NCBI GenBank assembly: GCA_963706025.1
Contig: CAVPLM010000005.1
Span: 32,001-96,000 of the forward strand
Origin: an uncultured Actinomycetes bacterium
Lineage (GTDB): Bacteria; Actinomycetota; Thermoleophilia; RBG-16-64-13
DNA length: 64,000 nucleotides
Reading direction: 5' to 3'
The stretch's first letter is position 1. Each line of letters opens with the position of its first letter. The notes beneath the pieces are model-generated. The model was not told the origin of the DNA, ran no database searches, and saw nothing but the letters and a program-made list of their open reading frames with translations. Below are positions 30,607 through 40,775 of this stretch, in pieces. A program made the translations under genes and the position numbers.

Positions 30607-31293
30607 GTGAGAACCGTTGGACCACGAGTTCGGAATCACCCGACTCTCGCGTTACTGGTGCTAGTTCTAGGCTTGATCCTGGCGCTCTCCTTTGCGACCT
30701 CGGCCATGGCCGAGGAACCACCGAGCAATGGTCAGGCCCTTGCCGCTCCTACGGCCGGCGTTCCCTGGCTGGGCAATGGCAGCGAGAACAACTGCGAATT
30801 CGGCGGAACCCTCCACTGGATCTTGACGCCGGGGGGAACTGCAACCATTCTCTCCGGAACTCTGCACGTGGAGTTTGCAGGCGGGCCCCCGAGGAGTTTC
30901 CCGGGCTATTTCCCGTCGGGTCAGGGGAACGGAGCGATGCATTTCGACAGCGTCGGCTCGACGCAGGTCGTAAGTGCATCCGCAACCTTCGATTACGAAG
31001 GGACGCCCAAGGACCAACTCCTGACCATCAGCCATTCGACGAGCAATACCACGAGTACCAGCGCCACAAGCACGACTCAAGGTGGCGAGACCACGTTGCC
31101 CTCGAGCGAATCCACCACGACGTCGACTACCTCGTATCCCCTGACGTCGACCCCTACCCCGAGCAATATCCAGACCGGCGGCGGCGGCACGGCCGGCCCG
31201 GGAGCGGGTGTATGGTCGCTGGCTGCCTTGACCGCGGTTCTGGGTATCGGGCTCTTTGCTTCCGCGCTATGGGCCCGTCACAAGGTGAGATAG
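30607..31293 (+). CDS. Secreted protein with small beta domain, Thr-rich stalk and C-terminal sortase-type signal
   Basis: Signal peptide ending AMA, LHWILT, LLTISH, PSNIQTGGGGTAG, TM segment, RHKVR. Confidence 0.78.
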   Translation: MRTVGPRVRNHPTLALLVLVLGLILALSFATSAMAEEPPSNGQALAAPTAGVPWLGNGSENNCEFGGTLHWILTPGGTATILSGTLHVEFAGGPPRSFPGYFPSGQGNGAMHFDSVGSTQVVSASATFDYEGTPKDQLLTISHSTSNTTSTSATSTTQGGETTLPSSESTTTSTTSYPLTSTPTPSNIQTGGGGTAGPGAGVWSLAALTAVLGIGLFASALWARHKVR

Positions 31294-31315
31294 CGAGTCC
31301 GGCCGGCGGCCCCGG

Positions 31316-32056
31316 ATGAGAAGACGCGAATACATGCGGGCCCAGAGGCGTCGCAAGCGCAGAAGACGCGCGCTTGCGACGCTCCTCCTGGTTTCGGCGT
31401 TAGTGGTCGGAGGGGCGACTACCACCATGGTTATCCGGGAGTCGCAGGCCTCGGGAGCGTTGCCCTCCGGCCCCTCGGCAGTTGCCTCGTCCGTCCAAGC
31501 GACGACTACTACTTCCACCGTCCCACCTTCGTCCACCACGACTGCCGGCTTCGCCGCCGTCTCGACGACATCGACCACGCCCTCGACCACTTCCACGACC
31601 CTCTATGTTCACGCGATCCCGGATCCGGTTCGGATCGTCATCCCGGCGATCGATGTGGATGCGGAACTCATCCATGTCGGCCTGCGCGAGAACGGGGACA
31701 TGGAAGTGCCGCCCTTCGGTCTTGCCGCTTGGTACAAGCTGGGACCGGCACCCGGAGCCGGCGGTCCGGCTGTGATCGTGGCCCACGTGGACACCAAGAA
31801 GGGTCCGGACGTCTTCTATGACCTGAAGAATCTGGAACCGGGTGATCAGATCCTGGTCTACGGTGACAACGGCGCCCCGGCCTCCTTCGTCGTGGACTCC
31901 AAGGAGCAGCAACTCAAGAGCGAGTTGCCCACGGACCGCATCTGGAACGACACCTGGGAGCCGGTCATCAGGCTCATCACGTGCGGGGGGGACTTCGACC
32001 GCAGCTCGGGTCACTATCTCTCCAATGTGATCGTCTACGGGCACCTCGTAAGGTAA
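31316..32056 (+). CDS. Class F sortase
   Basis: RIVIPAIDV, GPAPG, VIVAHVD, VF..L..L..GD, LITCGG, HYLSNVIVY. Confidence 0.88.
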   Translation: MRRREYMRAQRRRKRRRRALATLLLVSALVVGGATTTMVIRESQASGALPSGPSAVASSVQATTTTSTVPPSSTTTAGFAAVSTTSTTPSTTSTTLYVHAIPDPVRIVIPAIDVDAELIHVGLRENGDMEVPPFGLAAWYKLGPAPGAGGPAVIVAHVDTKKGPDVFYDLKNLEPGDQILVYGDNGAPASFVVDSKEQQLKSELPTDRIWNDTWEPVIRLITCGGDFDRSSGHYLSNVIVYGHLVR

Positions 32057-32123
32057 GGCCAGCCCGACCTGTCCGCAGCCTTCCCACAGTCTTGCGACAG
32101 AAGGTACTTGGCCCTATACTGCG

Positions 32124-32214
32124 GCCTTGAACAGGCAGCCCCGCCGCACTGAAGGCGCGTGCGGGGTGTAGCCGGGCTTCTGGCAGCAGGCACGTGAGCT
32201 CTGCGGGACGTGGT
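32124..32214 (+). ncRNA. NiCo (czcD) riboswitch-like aptamer
   Basis: Ordered motifs TGAACAGGC...GCCGGGC...GGCAGCAG...CTGCGGGAC just after a TATACT -10 box (32115) and upstream of a CDF transporter. Confidence 0.65.
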
Positions 32215-32233
32215 GTTCCCGCGGGGCTTTTTT
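32198..32233 (+). terminator. Intrinsic terminator of the riboswitch expression platform
   Basis: GCTCTGCGGGA / TTCCCGCGGGGC stem followed by T6; overlaps the aptamer 3' strand. Confidence 0.7.
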
Positions 32234-32251
32234 GCGTGTTTGGAGGTCGAG

Positions 32252-33235
32252 ATGGGGTCAGCCAAGAAGAAGACCAGAGTAGCCGCGCTGTCAGTGGCCT
32301 CCAACAGCCTGCTCATCATCCTCAAGGTGGCGGTTGGTCTGCTTACCGGATCGGTGGCGATACTGTCCGAAGCCATCCACTCAGGTGTAGATCTTGTTGC
32401 TGCTTTGATCGCCCTTTTCGCGGTTCGCGCCTCCAGTCGCGAGGCCGACGATAGACATCCCTACGGCCACGGCAAGTTCGAGAACATCTCGGGCACCATC
32501 GAGGCGCTGCTGATCTTCGTGGCCGCGGCCTGGATCATCTACGAAGCGGTGAAGAAGCTGATCCATCCTCAGGCCATCGAGATGCCCGGCTGGGGGGTGG
32601 CGGTCATGCTGGTGTCGGCGCTTGTGAACACCTTTGTCTCGAGGCGATTGTTCAAGGTGGGTAAGGAGACCGACTCGGTGGCTTTGCAGGCCGATGCCTG
32701 GCACCTGCGCACGGACGTCTACACGTCGGTCGGGGTCATGGTCGGACTGCTGGTGATCTGGGTCGGAGGGGCGTTATGGCCCGGACTCAATCTGACTTGG
32801 CTGGACCCGGCCGTGGCCATCCTGGTCGCTTGCCTCATCATGAAAGCCGCCTACGATCTGACCCGGGAGTCGGCACGGGATCTTCTCGACGTGAGCCTGC
32901 CCGATCAGGATGTCGAGTGGATCCATGGTTTTGTGGCCGAAAGATGGCCGGCAGTGCGCAGCTTTCACAACCTGCGGACGCGCAAGGCCGGCTCCACCCG
33001 CTTCATCGATTTCCACGTGGTCGTCGACGACCGCATGTCGGTGGCGGAGGCCCACGCTCTGGCCGACGAGATCGTGGTGGCCATCAAAGAGCGGGTGCCT
33101 GAATCCCGAGTCTACATCCACGTGGAGCCCTGTGACTACGAGTGCAGGGCCTCGTGCGTGACGGGATGTGCCGTGGACGAGGAGGCGCGCGAGCAGGGGC
33201 GGTCACAGGCACCGTCTAAGTCCCCGCCGGTGTGA
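32252..33235 (+). CDS. Cation diffusion facilitator (FieF/CzcD family) with Cys-rich tail
   Basis: SEAIHSGVD, HPYGHGKFE, DAWHLRTD, HNLRTRKAG, IHVEPC...C...C...C. Confidence 0.93.
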   Translation: MGSAKKKTRVAALSVASNSLLIILKVAVGLLTGSVAILSEAIHSGVDLVAALIALFAVRASSREADDRHPYGHGKFENISGTIEALLIFVAAAWIIYEAVKKLIHPQAIEMPGWGVAVMLVSALVNTFVSRRLFKVGKETDSVALQADAWHLRTDVYTSVGVMVGLLVIWVGGALWPGLNLTWLDPAVAILVACLIMKAAYDLTRESARDLLDVSLPDQDVEWIHGFVAERWPAVRSFHNLRTRKAGSTRFIDFHVVVDDRMSVAEAHALADEIVVAIKERVPESRVYIHVEPCDYECRASCVTGCAVDEEAREQGRSQAPSKSPPV

Positions 33236-33382
33236 GTAAATAGCTCGGTCTAAGCGATTCCAGGACCCCGTCCCCGAGGGCAAGCAGGTGCGGGCGCGCA
33301 CGGGCCGGCCCAGAAAGCAGTTTTGCAGTGTGCCGCCTTCGGGCATACTGATAGCCTGTCCAACCAGACCAAGGAGGCGGCA

Positions 33383-35734
33383 GTGACCAGCAGCGAGCCG
33401 GGACGGGAGCCGGGTCAAGGGGGCGGGGCTGCACCTGAGGCCGCGGCGACTCCGCCGGCCGCAGTGACCGAGCCGTCCGCGCCGGCCGCGGCGACTCCGC
33501 CGGCCGCGGCCTCCCCCGGGCGGGCCTTGATCGAGGATGCGCTCCGAGCCGGGGCGCCTGCTCTTGACGAAGACGCCGGCAAGCAGTTCTTCGCGGCCTA
33601 CGGCATCGCCGTGCCTCAGGGCGGGACCGTGAAGACGGTCGACGAAGCCGTCCGGCTTGCCGGCGAGATCGGCTACCCCGTGGTCATGAAGGGGTCGTCC
33701 ACCCAGGTCCAGCACAAGACCGACGCCGGACTGGTGCTGCTGGGCGTCGCCGACGAGACCGAGGTCCGCGAGGCCTATCGGACGCTCGAATCCCGGGCCG
33801 CGACGGCCGGGGCCACGCTCGATGGCGTTCTGGTGGAGCACATGGTCAGGGGTAAGCGGGAATTCGTGGTCGGCCTCTCTCGCGACCTTCTCTTCGGACC
33901 GGTGGTCATGTTCGGCCTGGGCGGCATCTACACGGAGGCGCTGCACGATGTGGCGTTCGCCGTGGCTCCCGTGTCCGAGACCGACGCGTACGAGCTCATG
34001 GACCAGATCGAAGCCAAGGTCCTACTGGGCCCGGTCCGGGGCGAGCCGGCCGTCGATCGGAGCGTGTTGGCCAGGATAATCATGGCCGTGGGCCGGATGG
34101 CAGAGGATCACCCCGAGATCAGCGAGATCGACGTCAATCCCCTGCTCATCGACGGAGCCACCCCGGTGGCGGTGGACGCCCTCATCGCGGTGGGTAAGCC
34201 GGTAGAGGTGTCGACCCGACCTCCGGCCGATATCTCGCGCCTCGATGCCCTGGTGGCCCCGCGCAGCGTGGCGGTGGTCGGCGCTTCTGCCGATACGGCC
34301 AAGTGGGGGGGATGCTGGTGGCGAACCTGCGGCTGGGCGAATTCCCGGGCCCCATCTATCTGGTCAATCCCAAGGGAGGGACGATCCTGGGCCTTCCGGT
34401 CCACGCCAGTGTGTCCGAGCTTCCGGAAGCCCCCGATCTGGTCATCGTGGCCGTGCATTCGTCCTTGGTAAACGGCGTGGTGGAGGAGTGCGGCCGCAAG
34501 GGGGTGGGAGCGGTCGTGGTGGTATCCGCCGGGTTCTCCGAGGTAGGTCCGGAGGGCAGGGCGATGGAAGACGGGATGGTCGACATCGCCGAGAGGTACG
34601 GCATGGCTCTCGTGGGCCCGAACTGCATGGGCGTCATCTCCTCTCACCACAAGCTCTACGGAACAGGGTTCATGCTGGTTCGGCCGGCGCCGGGCGGGGC
34701 GAGCATGGTGTCGCAGTCCGGCAACCTGGGTCTGCAGCTGCTGGTGTCCGCGGAACGGCGCAAGGGTGGGGTGGGCAAGTTCATAGGCGTGGGGAACGAG
34801 GCCATGATCGACGCGGTGGACTTCATAAACTACCTGCACACCGACCCCGAGACCAACACCATAGTCGCCTACATGGAGGGCTTCGACGACGGCCGGCGCC
34901 TGCTGGACGTGATGAAGCGCACCACGCTGGACAAACCCGTGGTGGTGCTGCGCGGCGGGATGAGTGACTACGGCAAGAAAGCGGCCGCTTCCCACACCGG
35001 GGCGTTGACCTCGTCCACCGCCGTGTTCCAGGCGGCGGCGCGACAATCGGGCCTGATAGTGGTCACCGATCCCGACGAATTCATGGATCTCACCTTCGCC
35101 CTTGCCTATATGCCCCTCCCTCCGGGGAGGAGGGTGGCGGTAGCTACTCTGGGAGGGGGCTGGGGCGTGCTGGTGTCGGACGAGATCTCCCGCTGCGGGC
35201 TTCAGCTCGCGGAGTTGTCGCCCGATGTGATCGAGAGCTTGAACAAGGTCTTGCCTCCTTTCTGGAGCCACTCCAACCCGGTGGACATGGTGGCGACCGT
35301 TACCCCGGGCGCGCCGGAGACCGTGGTGGAGACGCTGGTAGCCAGCGAGGGGGTGGACGCGGTGATAGTCATGGGAGTGGTGGGCTCTATGAGCGAGAGT
35401 CGCCGGGCCATCACGGAGATAGAAGGCTTGAAAGCGGCGTGCGAAGGGGCAAAAGGCGCCGGCGCCGTCTGCCTGCGGCGACGAGGAGCAGGCCGAGCCG
35501 GAACTGAGCGAGCGGGAATTGGCCTTCATCAAACAGAACGCGATACTCATGGACCGCTACTGCAAGCCCATCGCCAACATATCGCAGAAGCCCATGAGCC
35601 AGGCCGTCTTCTCCGTGGGGGGGCGCTACTCGACCTTCGTTCTTCCCTCCCCGCTTCGAGGAGTGCGGATCCTGGGCAAGATGGCGGCCTACAGCGCGTA
35701 TCTGCAGAAGAACGACAGGAGCCTGCGCTGCTGA
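33383..35734 (+). CDS. Acetate/acyl-CoA ligase (ADP-forming), beta-alpha fused order (apparent frameshifts near 34310 and 35470)
   Basis: ATP-grasp GYPVVMK, HKTDAG, EIDVNPL; then VAVVGAS, GPNCMG, SQSG, AAASHTGAL, NPVD. Confidence 0.82.
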
Positions 35735-35748
35735 GCCGCGGAGCATCG

Positions 35749-37015
35749 TTGCCCGACGGCATAGCCCGACAGATCGAGGCCGAGGGGGGTCGAGTCACTT
35801 TCGCCCGCTTCATGGAACTGGCGCTGACCCACCCCACTGAGGGGTACTACACGCGGGCCGAACCTCTCCTCGGGCCGCAGGGGCACTTCAGCACCGCCCC
35901 GCGGTTATTGCCGTTCTTCAACCGGGCGGTAGCCAGGCTGCTTGCCGAGTTGGTGGACTCATGGAGCGTGGCATGTGCGACCGGCGCCGGGTCGGCAGGT
36001 ATCGGCGGCGAGCTGCCGGGTTCGGTGATCGAGTTGGGAGGGGGAGAGGGGGACCTGGCCGGCGCCGTGCTGCGGACGTGGGAGGACACCCGTCCCGATC
36101 TGCGCTCACTCGTGGTCTACAGCATAGTGGAGATCGGAGCAGGACTGCGCGCCCGCCAGGACGGGGCCTTGTCAGAGGCAAGGAGACAGGGCTGGAAGGT
36201 GCGCTGGGCGGCCGACCTGCTCGTAGCCGCGACCGGGACCCGACCGTGCGTGATCCTCGGTAACGAGTTCGTCGACGCACTGCCGGTGCATCTGGTGGAC
36301 GTGCAGGGTCGGCGACCGCGCGAGGCATGGGTGACCATCGATCGCGCCGTCGGCGATGGTGCGAGTGGGAGTGGGCATGTGGAGGCGCGACCGACCGAGA
36401 TCTGGGAGGACGTCTCCCAGGAGGCCGAAGCCGAACTGCTGGCCCTATTCGGGACCGCCGAAACGGAGGCCTTGCGGTCGCTCAGTCGCGACGGCGTCAT
36501 CGAGGTGCGGCCCGCCCTCCGGGCCGCTGATGGACCAGATCACCGCCGTCATGCCGTCGGGCTGCCTACTCACCATCGACTACGGGGAGTGGGGGGTGAC
36601 GTCGCCTGCCGAAGATGCTTACTGCGGGCGCGACTCCACGAGAGGGAACGCCTACGGGCGCACCATCCGCGGGTATTTCCGGCACCAGCTCGCGCTCGAC
36701 CCCTACATTCGCGTGGGCTTTCAGGACCTGACGGCCGACGTTGACTTCAGAGCTATGGACCTTCACGGTCGCGAGGCCGGGTTCGAGACGGTGCTCTTCA
36801 CGACCGTCGCTGCTCTGCTCACGGCCGATGGAGGCGGGGAACGATTGGCATACCTGCTCGAACGTGCGACCTCACCGTCCGGGGAGGCACTCGAGGCCGA
36901 TCACGAGGCGCAGGTGTTGGCGGGTCTCTTGGATCCCCAAGGGCTCGGGGGAGCGTACAAAGTGATGCTCCAGGTCAGGGACTGGGGGGCCAATCAGCAG
37001 GAGCGGCAGCCGTAG
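35749..37015 (+). CDS. SAM-dependent methyltransferase, MidA/NDUFAF7 family (apparent frameshift near 36520)
   Basis: TFARFMELAL...GYY, ELGGGEG, NEFVDALPV, IDYG, QDLTADVDF. Confidence 0.82.
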
Positions 37016-38318
37016 TGGTGGTAGTGGCTGGAGCATAGACCGCGCGGTCGCCCGAGCGGGTGAGCTTCAATCCCAAGTCGGAGCTCAGACGGGCCAGACG
37101 ATTCAGGATCACATCGGCCTCGTTCCCGGTGACGGGAGCTGGGACGCCGGTGGCCTCGCTCAGGTAGACGGGTACGACCTCGACGTACGGCGGCTCCCCA
37201 GGCTTCATGGCTACCTGGAGAACAAAGGTCTCTCCCGTTTCCCGGGAGTGGTGGTCCCAGACGAAATCGCCCAGGCTGTAGGCGATCAGTCTGTCTCGGT
37301 AGAGTTCTAGGCCTTGGATGACATGGGGATGGTGACCCAGGACGAGATCGGCCCCCGCGTCGATCGCCTGGTGGGCGAGTCTGCGCTGCTCCTGATTCGC
37401 CCGGCCCGTGTACTCCTTACCCCAGTGGAAGCTCACGACGACGAAGTCGGCTTTCTCCTGGGCTGAGGCGATCGCGGCCAGCAGCTTCTTGTGGTCTGGG
37501 GTGGTGGGATTGATCCCGGCTCGATCGGCGGTAGCGGCAAAACCGGGATGGATCAACTCCGTGAAGGCAAGGACCGCCACGATGCCGGCCGGGGTGAGGA
37601 GCAAGGCCGGCGCCTGCGCCGCTTCCGCGTCGGCGCCGGCGCCCGCGTGATTCACGCCTGCCTCGTCCAGCCGGTCGATCGTGTCGAGGAGGGCGGTGGG
37701 GCCGAAGTCGACGGCGTGGTTGTTCGCAAGGCTCACCACGTCGACGCCGGCTGCTGCCAGTCCGTCGACTAGAGCCGGGCGGCCGAGGAAGGTGTACTCC
37801 TTGTGGGGGTCGGGCGTGCCCCGGTCGGAGAGGGGCGATTCCAGGTTCACGAAGGCCAGGTGCGCTTCTTCGAGCAGAGGTCTGACCTTGGCGAAGACCG
37901 CCTCGCCGCCGTGCTCGTCGACAAAGGTGCCTACTCGCCGGTCGCCGAGCACGTCGCCGCCGGCGGCGACCGTGAGCGCGGGAGGTGGCGCTTCGGTCGT
38001 GGTGGTCGTGGAGGTAGTGGTCGTGGAAGCCGTGGTGGAGGAGGTCGTGGTCGAAGCGCTGGTGGAGGTGGCGGCCGGAGCGACAGTCGCAGTGGTGGCC
38101 GCTGCCAAGGTGTCCCCGAAGCCCGGCGAGGTGCCGGAGGAGCTCAGCGCGCTTATGGGTGTGGTCCCGGCCTCAGCGCTGATCGAAGAGCTCCCGTCGG
38201 CCCCCTGGGAGGAGTGGCAGCCGGCAAGCGCGATCGCGGCCGCCCAGAACACGACCGCCAGCACCACCAATCTGCGATCGGTGAAGCGCGACCCTCCGGG
38301 TGTGTTCTTGGGCCCCAT
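36975..38318 (-). CDS. CapA/PGA_cap family metallophosphoesterase lipoprotein
   Basis: Lipobox ALAGC, GGDV, VNLE, SLANNH, HWG, GHHPHV, YSLGDF. Confidence 0.88.
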   Translation of the reverse strand: MGPKNTPGGSRFTDRRLVVLAVVFWAAAIALAGCHSSQGADGSSSISAEAGTTPISALSSSGTSPGFGDTLAAATTATVAPAATSTSASTTTSSTTASTTTTSTTTTTEAPPPALTVAAGGDVLGDRRVGTFVDEHGGEAVFAKVRPLLEEAHLAFVNLESPLSDRGTPDPHKEYTFLGRPALVDGLAAAGVDVVSLANNHAVDFGPTALLDTIDRLDEAGVNHAGAGADAEAAQAPALLLTPAGIVAVLAFTELIHPGFAATADRAGINPTTPDHKKLLAAIASAQEKADFVVVSFHWGKEYTGRANQEQRRLAHQAIDAGADLVLGHHPHVIQGLELYRDRLIAYSLGDFVWDHHSRETGETFVLQVAMKPGEPPYVEVVPVYLSEATGVPAPVTGNEADVILNRLARLSSDLGLKLTRSGDRAVYAPATTTTTAAAPADWPPSP

Positions 38319-38418
38319 GCCTGTGAGTATAATAGCCGAGCCTGCCCGGTAGGCGACTATGGTGCCGCGGCGGAGAGGGTCGAAGAGTATTCTCGTCACT
38401 CGAGGCGTCTGAGGAGCA

Positions 38419-39486
38419 ATGCGACCGGTCGGCAGAGGAGATAGAGGCAAGCGTGTGGTCGACGTCCAGACGCGTCTGGCGGCCCTTGACTACTTCCTGG
38501 GCCGGGAGGGCGCCGACGGCATGTTCGGCCCCCACACCGAGAGCGCGATCCGCGCGTTCCAGCAACAGAGGCTTCTGGTCGCCGACGGCGTGGTCGAGGA
38601 CAACACCTGGACCGAGCTCGTCGAGGCCGGGTACGAGCCGGGAGAGCGTCTTCTGTACCTACGCGTGCCCTACATGCGCGGGGACGACGTGCTCTATCTA
38701 CAGCGTCGGCTGAACGAGCTGGGATTCGACTCCGGCCCCGTGGACGGCATCTTCGGTCCGCCACTTGAGGAGGCGGTGACCGATTTCCAGCGGAACGCCG
38801 GGCTCAATGTCGACGGGATCGTGGGAGAGACGACCCTAGACCGGCTTCGTCGCCTCCGTCAGGTGAACCAGTCCGAGCACTTGGGCGGCATCCCCGACCG
38901 GATGGACGGGTACGTGGGACGGCGTTCCCTCCCGGGGCTGCGGGTGAGCATCGAACCTGCGCCTCTCGGCCTGGAGCGAGGCGCTTCGGGGGAACCCGGC
39001 CGGATTGAAAGCGGTCTTAGCCTGGCTCTGGGGACGCGGTTGGCCGACCTCCTTGAAGGTGCGGGAGCTCTGGTCTGCCTGCTCCAAAGCGAAGTCGATT
39101 CTCTGTCCCTATACGAGCAGACTGAAGCCGCCAGCGCTTGGGAACCCGATATCCACGTGTGTCTCCGTCACAGCCACAATCCGTGTCCGCGGGCCCAGGG
39201 GGCCGCTGCCTTCTACTTCGCCAATGCCGTGTATCACTCCAGGGGAGGAAGACGGCTGGCCGGTTACATCGTCGACGCACTGAGCCGGGAACTGGGCCGG
39301 GTGGACCTCCACAAGCACGGTCGGAACTACGCCTGCATGCGGGAAGTGAAGCCCCTGGCCGTTTTGGTCGAACCCGGCTTTATCAGCCACCCTCAGGAGG
39401 GCCGGCTACTGGCCGATCCGGTGGTCATCGGACGAGAAGCGGTTGCGATCATCCACGGCATCGAGGCCTATCTGGCGAGACTCTAA
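38419..39486 (+). CDS. CwlM-like protein: two peptidoglycan-binding domains plus a degenerate Amidase_3 domain
   Basis: DG.FGP.T..A...FQ repeats, GERLLYL, GDDV..LQ.RL; amidase region has IEPAP where IDPGH is expected. Confidence 0.75.
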   Translation: MRPVGRGDRGKRVVDVQTRLAALDYFLGREGADGMFGPHTESAIRAFQQQRLLVADGVVEDNTWTELVEAGYEPGERLLYLRVPYMRGDDVLYLQRRLNELGFDSGPVDGIFGPPLEEAVTDFQRNAGLNVDGIVGETTLDRLRRLRQVNQSEHLGGIPDRMDGYVGRRSLPGLRVSIEPAPLGLERGASGEPGRIESGLSLALGTRLADLLEGAGALVCLLQSEVDSLSLYEQTEAASAWEPDIHVCLRHSHNPCPRAQGAAAFYFANAVYHSRGGRRLAGYIVDALSRELGRVDLHKHGRNYACMREVKPLAVLVEPGFISHPQEGRLLADPVVIGREAVAIIHGIEAYLARL

Positions 39487-39626
39487 GCGTCTCCGCGAGC
39501 CTGCGTGGGCGGGAGCTCCGCCGAGGTCCGGGTTGGTATGCGCCGAGGAAAATGGTAAAGTGCGCAGAACTTCGAGACGAGCGGCGTGAAGCGGCTCCGG
39601 CCCCGTAAGCGACCAGGGAGGCTCCG

Positions 39627-40775
39627 ATCAACACCGGCACGTCAGGCGGCATCGGGCGACGTCTCATCCCAATCCTTCTCATCCTTGCCGTCATCACCTT
39701 GGTCTGCAGTGAGGCCGTACGGGCTGAGCCCGCGGCGATCACGAAGGCCAAGAACGAGGCTGAAGCCCTCGCGGAACGCATCGACGAACTGAACAATCAA
39801 CTCGAGGCCGTGGTCGAGGACTACAACTACGCCACGGAGAAGCTGAGCCAGACCAAGGCGGCTATCGAGGACAAGCGGGCCAAGCTGGCGCAGGCCGAGG
39901 CCGACCTAGAGGTTCTGCGCGCCCAGCTGACCGAGCGGGTGGTGCAAATCTACAAGCAAGGCGACCTGAGCACGCTCGACATGCTGGTGGGCGCCTCTTC
40001 CTTCTCAGACCTCATCAACCGCCTCGACATGCTCGAGCGCATGAGCGCCCAAGACAACGAGATGCTTGAAGAGGTCGATGCCTATCGGACCCGGGTGTCC
40101 GATCGCGAGAGCGAGCTGGCGGCTCAGCTCGAAGAAGAGAAGGTACTGGCAGCCGAAGCTGAGTCTGCCAAGACCAAGGTGGAGGAGACTCTCGTCGCCA
40201 ACGAGCGTGCGCTGGAGGGCAAAGAAGCCCAGATAGCGCAGCTGCAGAAGGAGGAGGCTGCCCGACAGGCGCGGCTGGCCGCTGAAGCCAGGGCCAGAGC
40301 CGCCGCAGCGGCTGCCGCGGCCAAGAAAGCGGCAGCGGCCACTGCCTTGGCCAAGAAGGCGGCCGCTGCCAACAAGTCGGGCTCGGGTGGCTCCACCAGC
40401 GTCAACGTCTCGGTGCCGGACTCGGCCAGCGCCGGCGATGTGGTCTCGATAGCCATGGAGTATCTCGGGTGCCGGTATGTGTGGGCCGGCGCTAGTCCCG
40501 ATGGTTTCGACTGCTCGGGCTTCGTCATGTACGTGTACAAGAAGGTCGGCGTCGGCCTGCCCCACTCCAGTCGTATGCAGTACGGGGCCGGCGTGGCCGT
40601 CTCGAGAGGCGACCTCAAGCCGGGCGACCTTGTCTTCTTCTACAACCCCATCCACCACGTGGGCATCTACATCGGTGACGGCAAGATGATCCACGCCGCC
40701 GGCGTGGGCAAAGGGGTGCGCATCGACAGCGCCTGGCGCAGCAGCTACTACGGCGCCTGCCGCATCATCCTGTAG
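39627..40775 (+). CDS. NlpC/P60 peptidoglycan endopeptidase with coiled coil (start uncertain: ATC 39627 or TTG 39699)
   Basis: YVWAGASPDGFDCSG, PGDLVFF, HVGIYIG..MIHA. Confidence 0.92.
   Translation: MNTGTSGGIGRRLIPILLILAVITLVCSEAVRAEPAAITKAKNEAEALAERIDELNNQLEAVVEDYNYATEKLSQTKAAIEDKRAKLAQAEADLEVLRAQLTERVVQIYKQGDLSTLDMLVGASSFSDLINRLDMLERMSAQDNEMLEEVDAYRTRVSDRESELAAQLEEEKVLAAEAESAKTKVEETLVANERALEGKEAQIAQLQKEEAARQARLAAEARARAAAAAAAAKKAAAATALAKKAAAANKSGSGGSTSVNVSVPDSASAGDVVSIAMEYLGCRYVWAGASPDGFDCSGFVMYVYKKVGVGLPHSSRMQYGAGVAVSRGDLKPGDLVFFYNPIHHVGIYIGDGKMIHAAGVGKGVRIDSAWRSSYYGACRIIL

Noticed and set aside
29569-32100. tmRNA-integrated island carrying the sortase locus
   Set aside because: No integrase and no duplicated tmRNA 3' end were found.
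34303-36744. 813-aa CoA-ligase/methyltransferase fusion
   Set aside because: Produced by a frameshift near 35470; the ligase C-terminus is in ORF 35519..35734 with its own stop.
39487-39626. c-di-AMP (ydaO) riboswitch before the NlpC/P60 gene
   Set aside because: Expected from context, but the conserved aptamer motifs were not recognisable.
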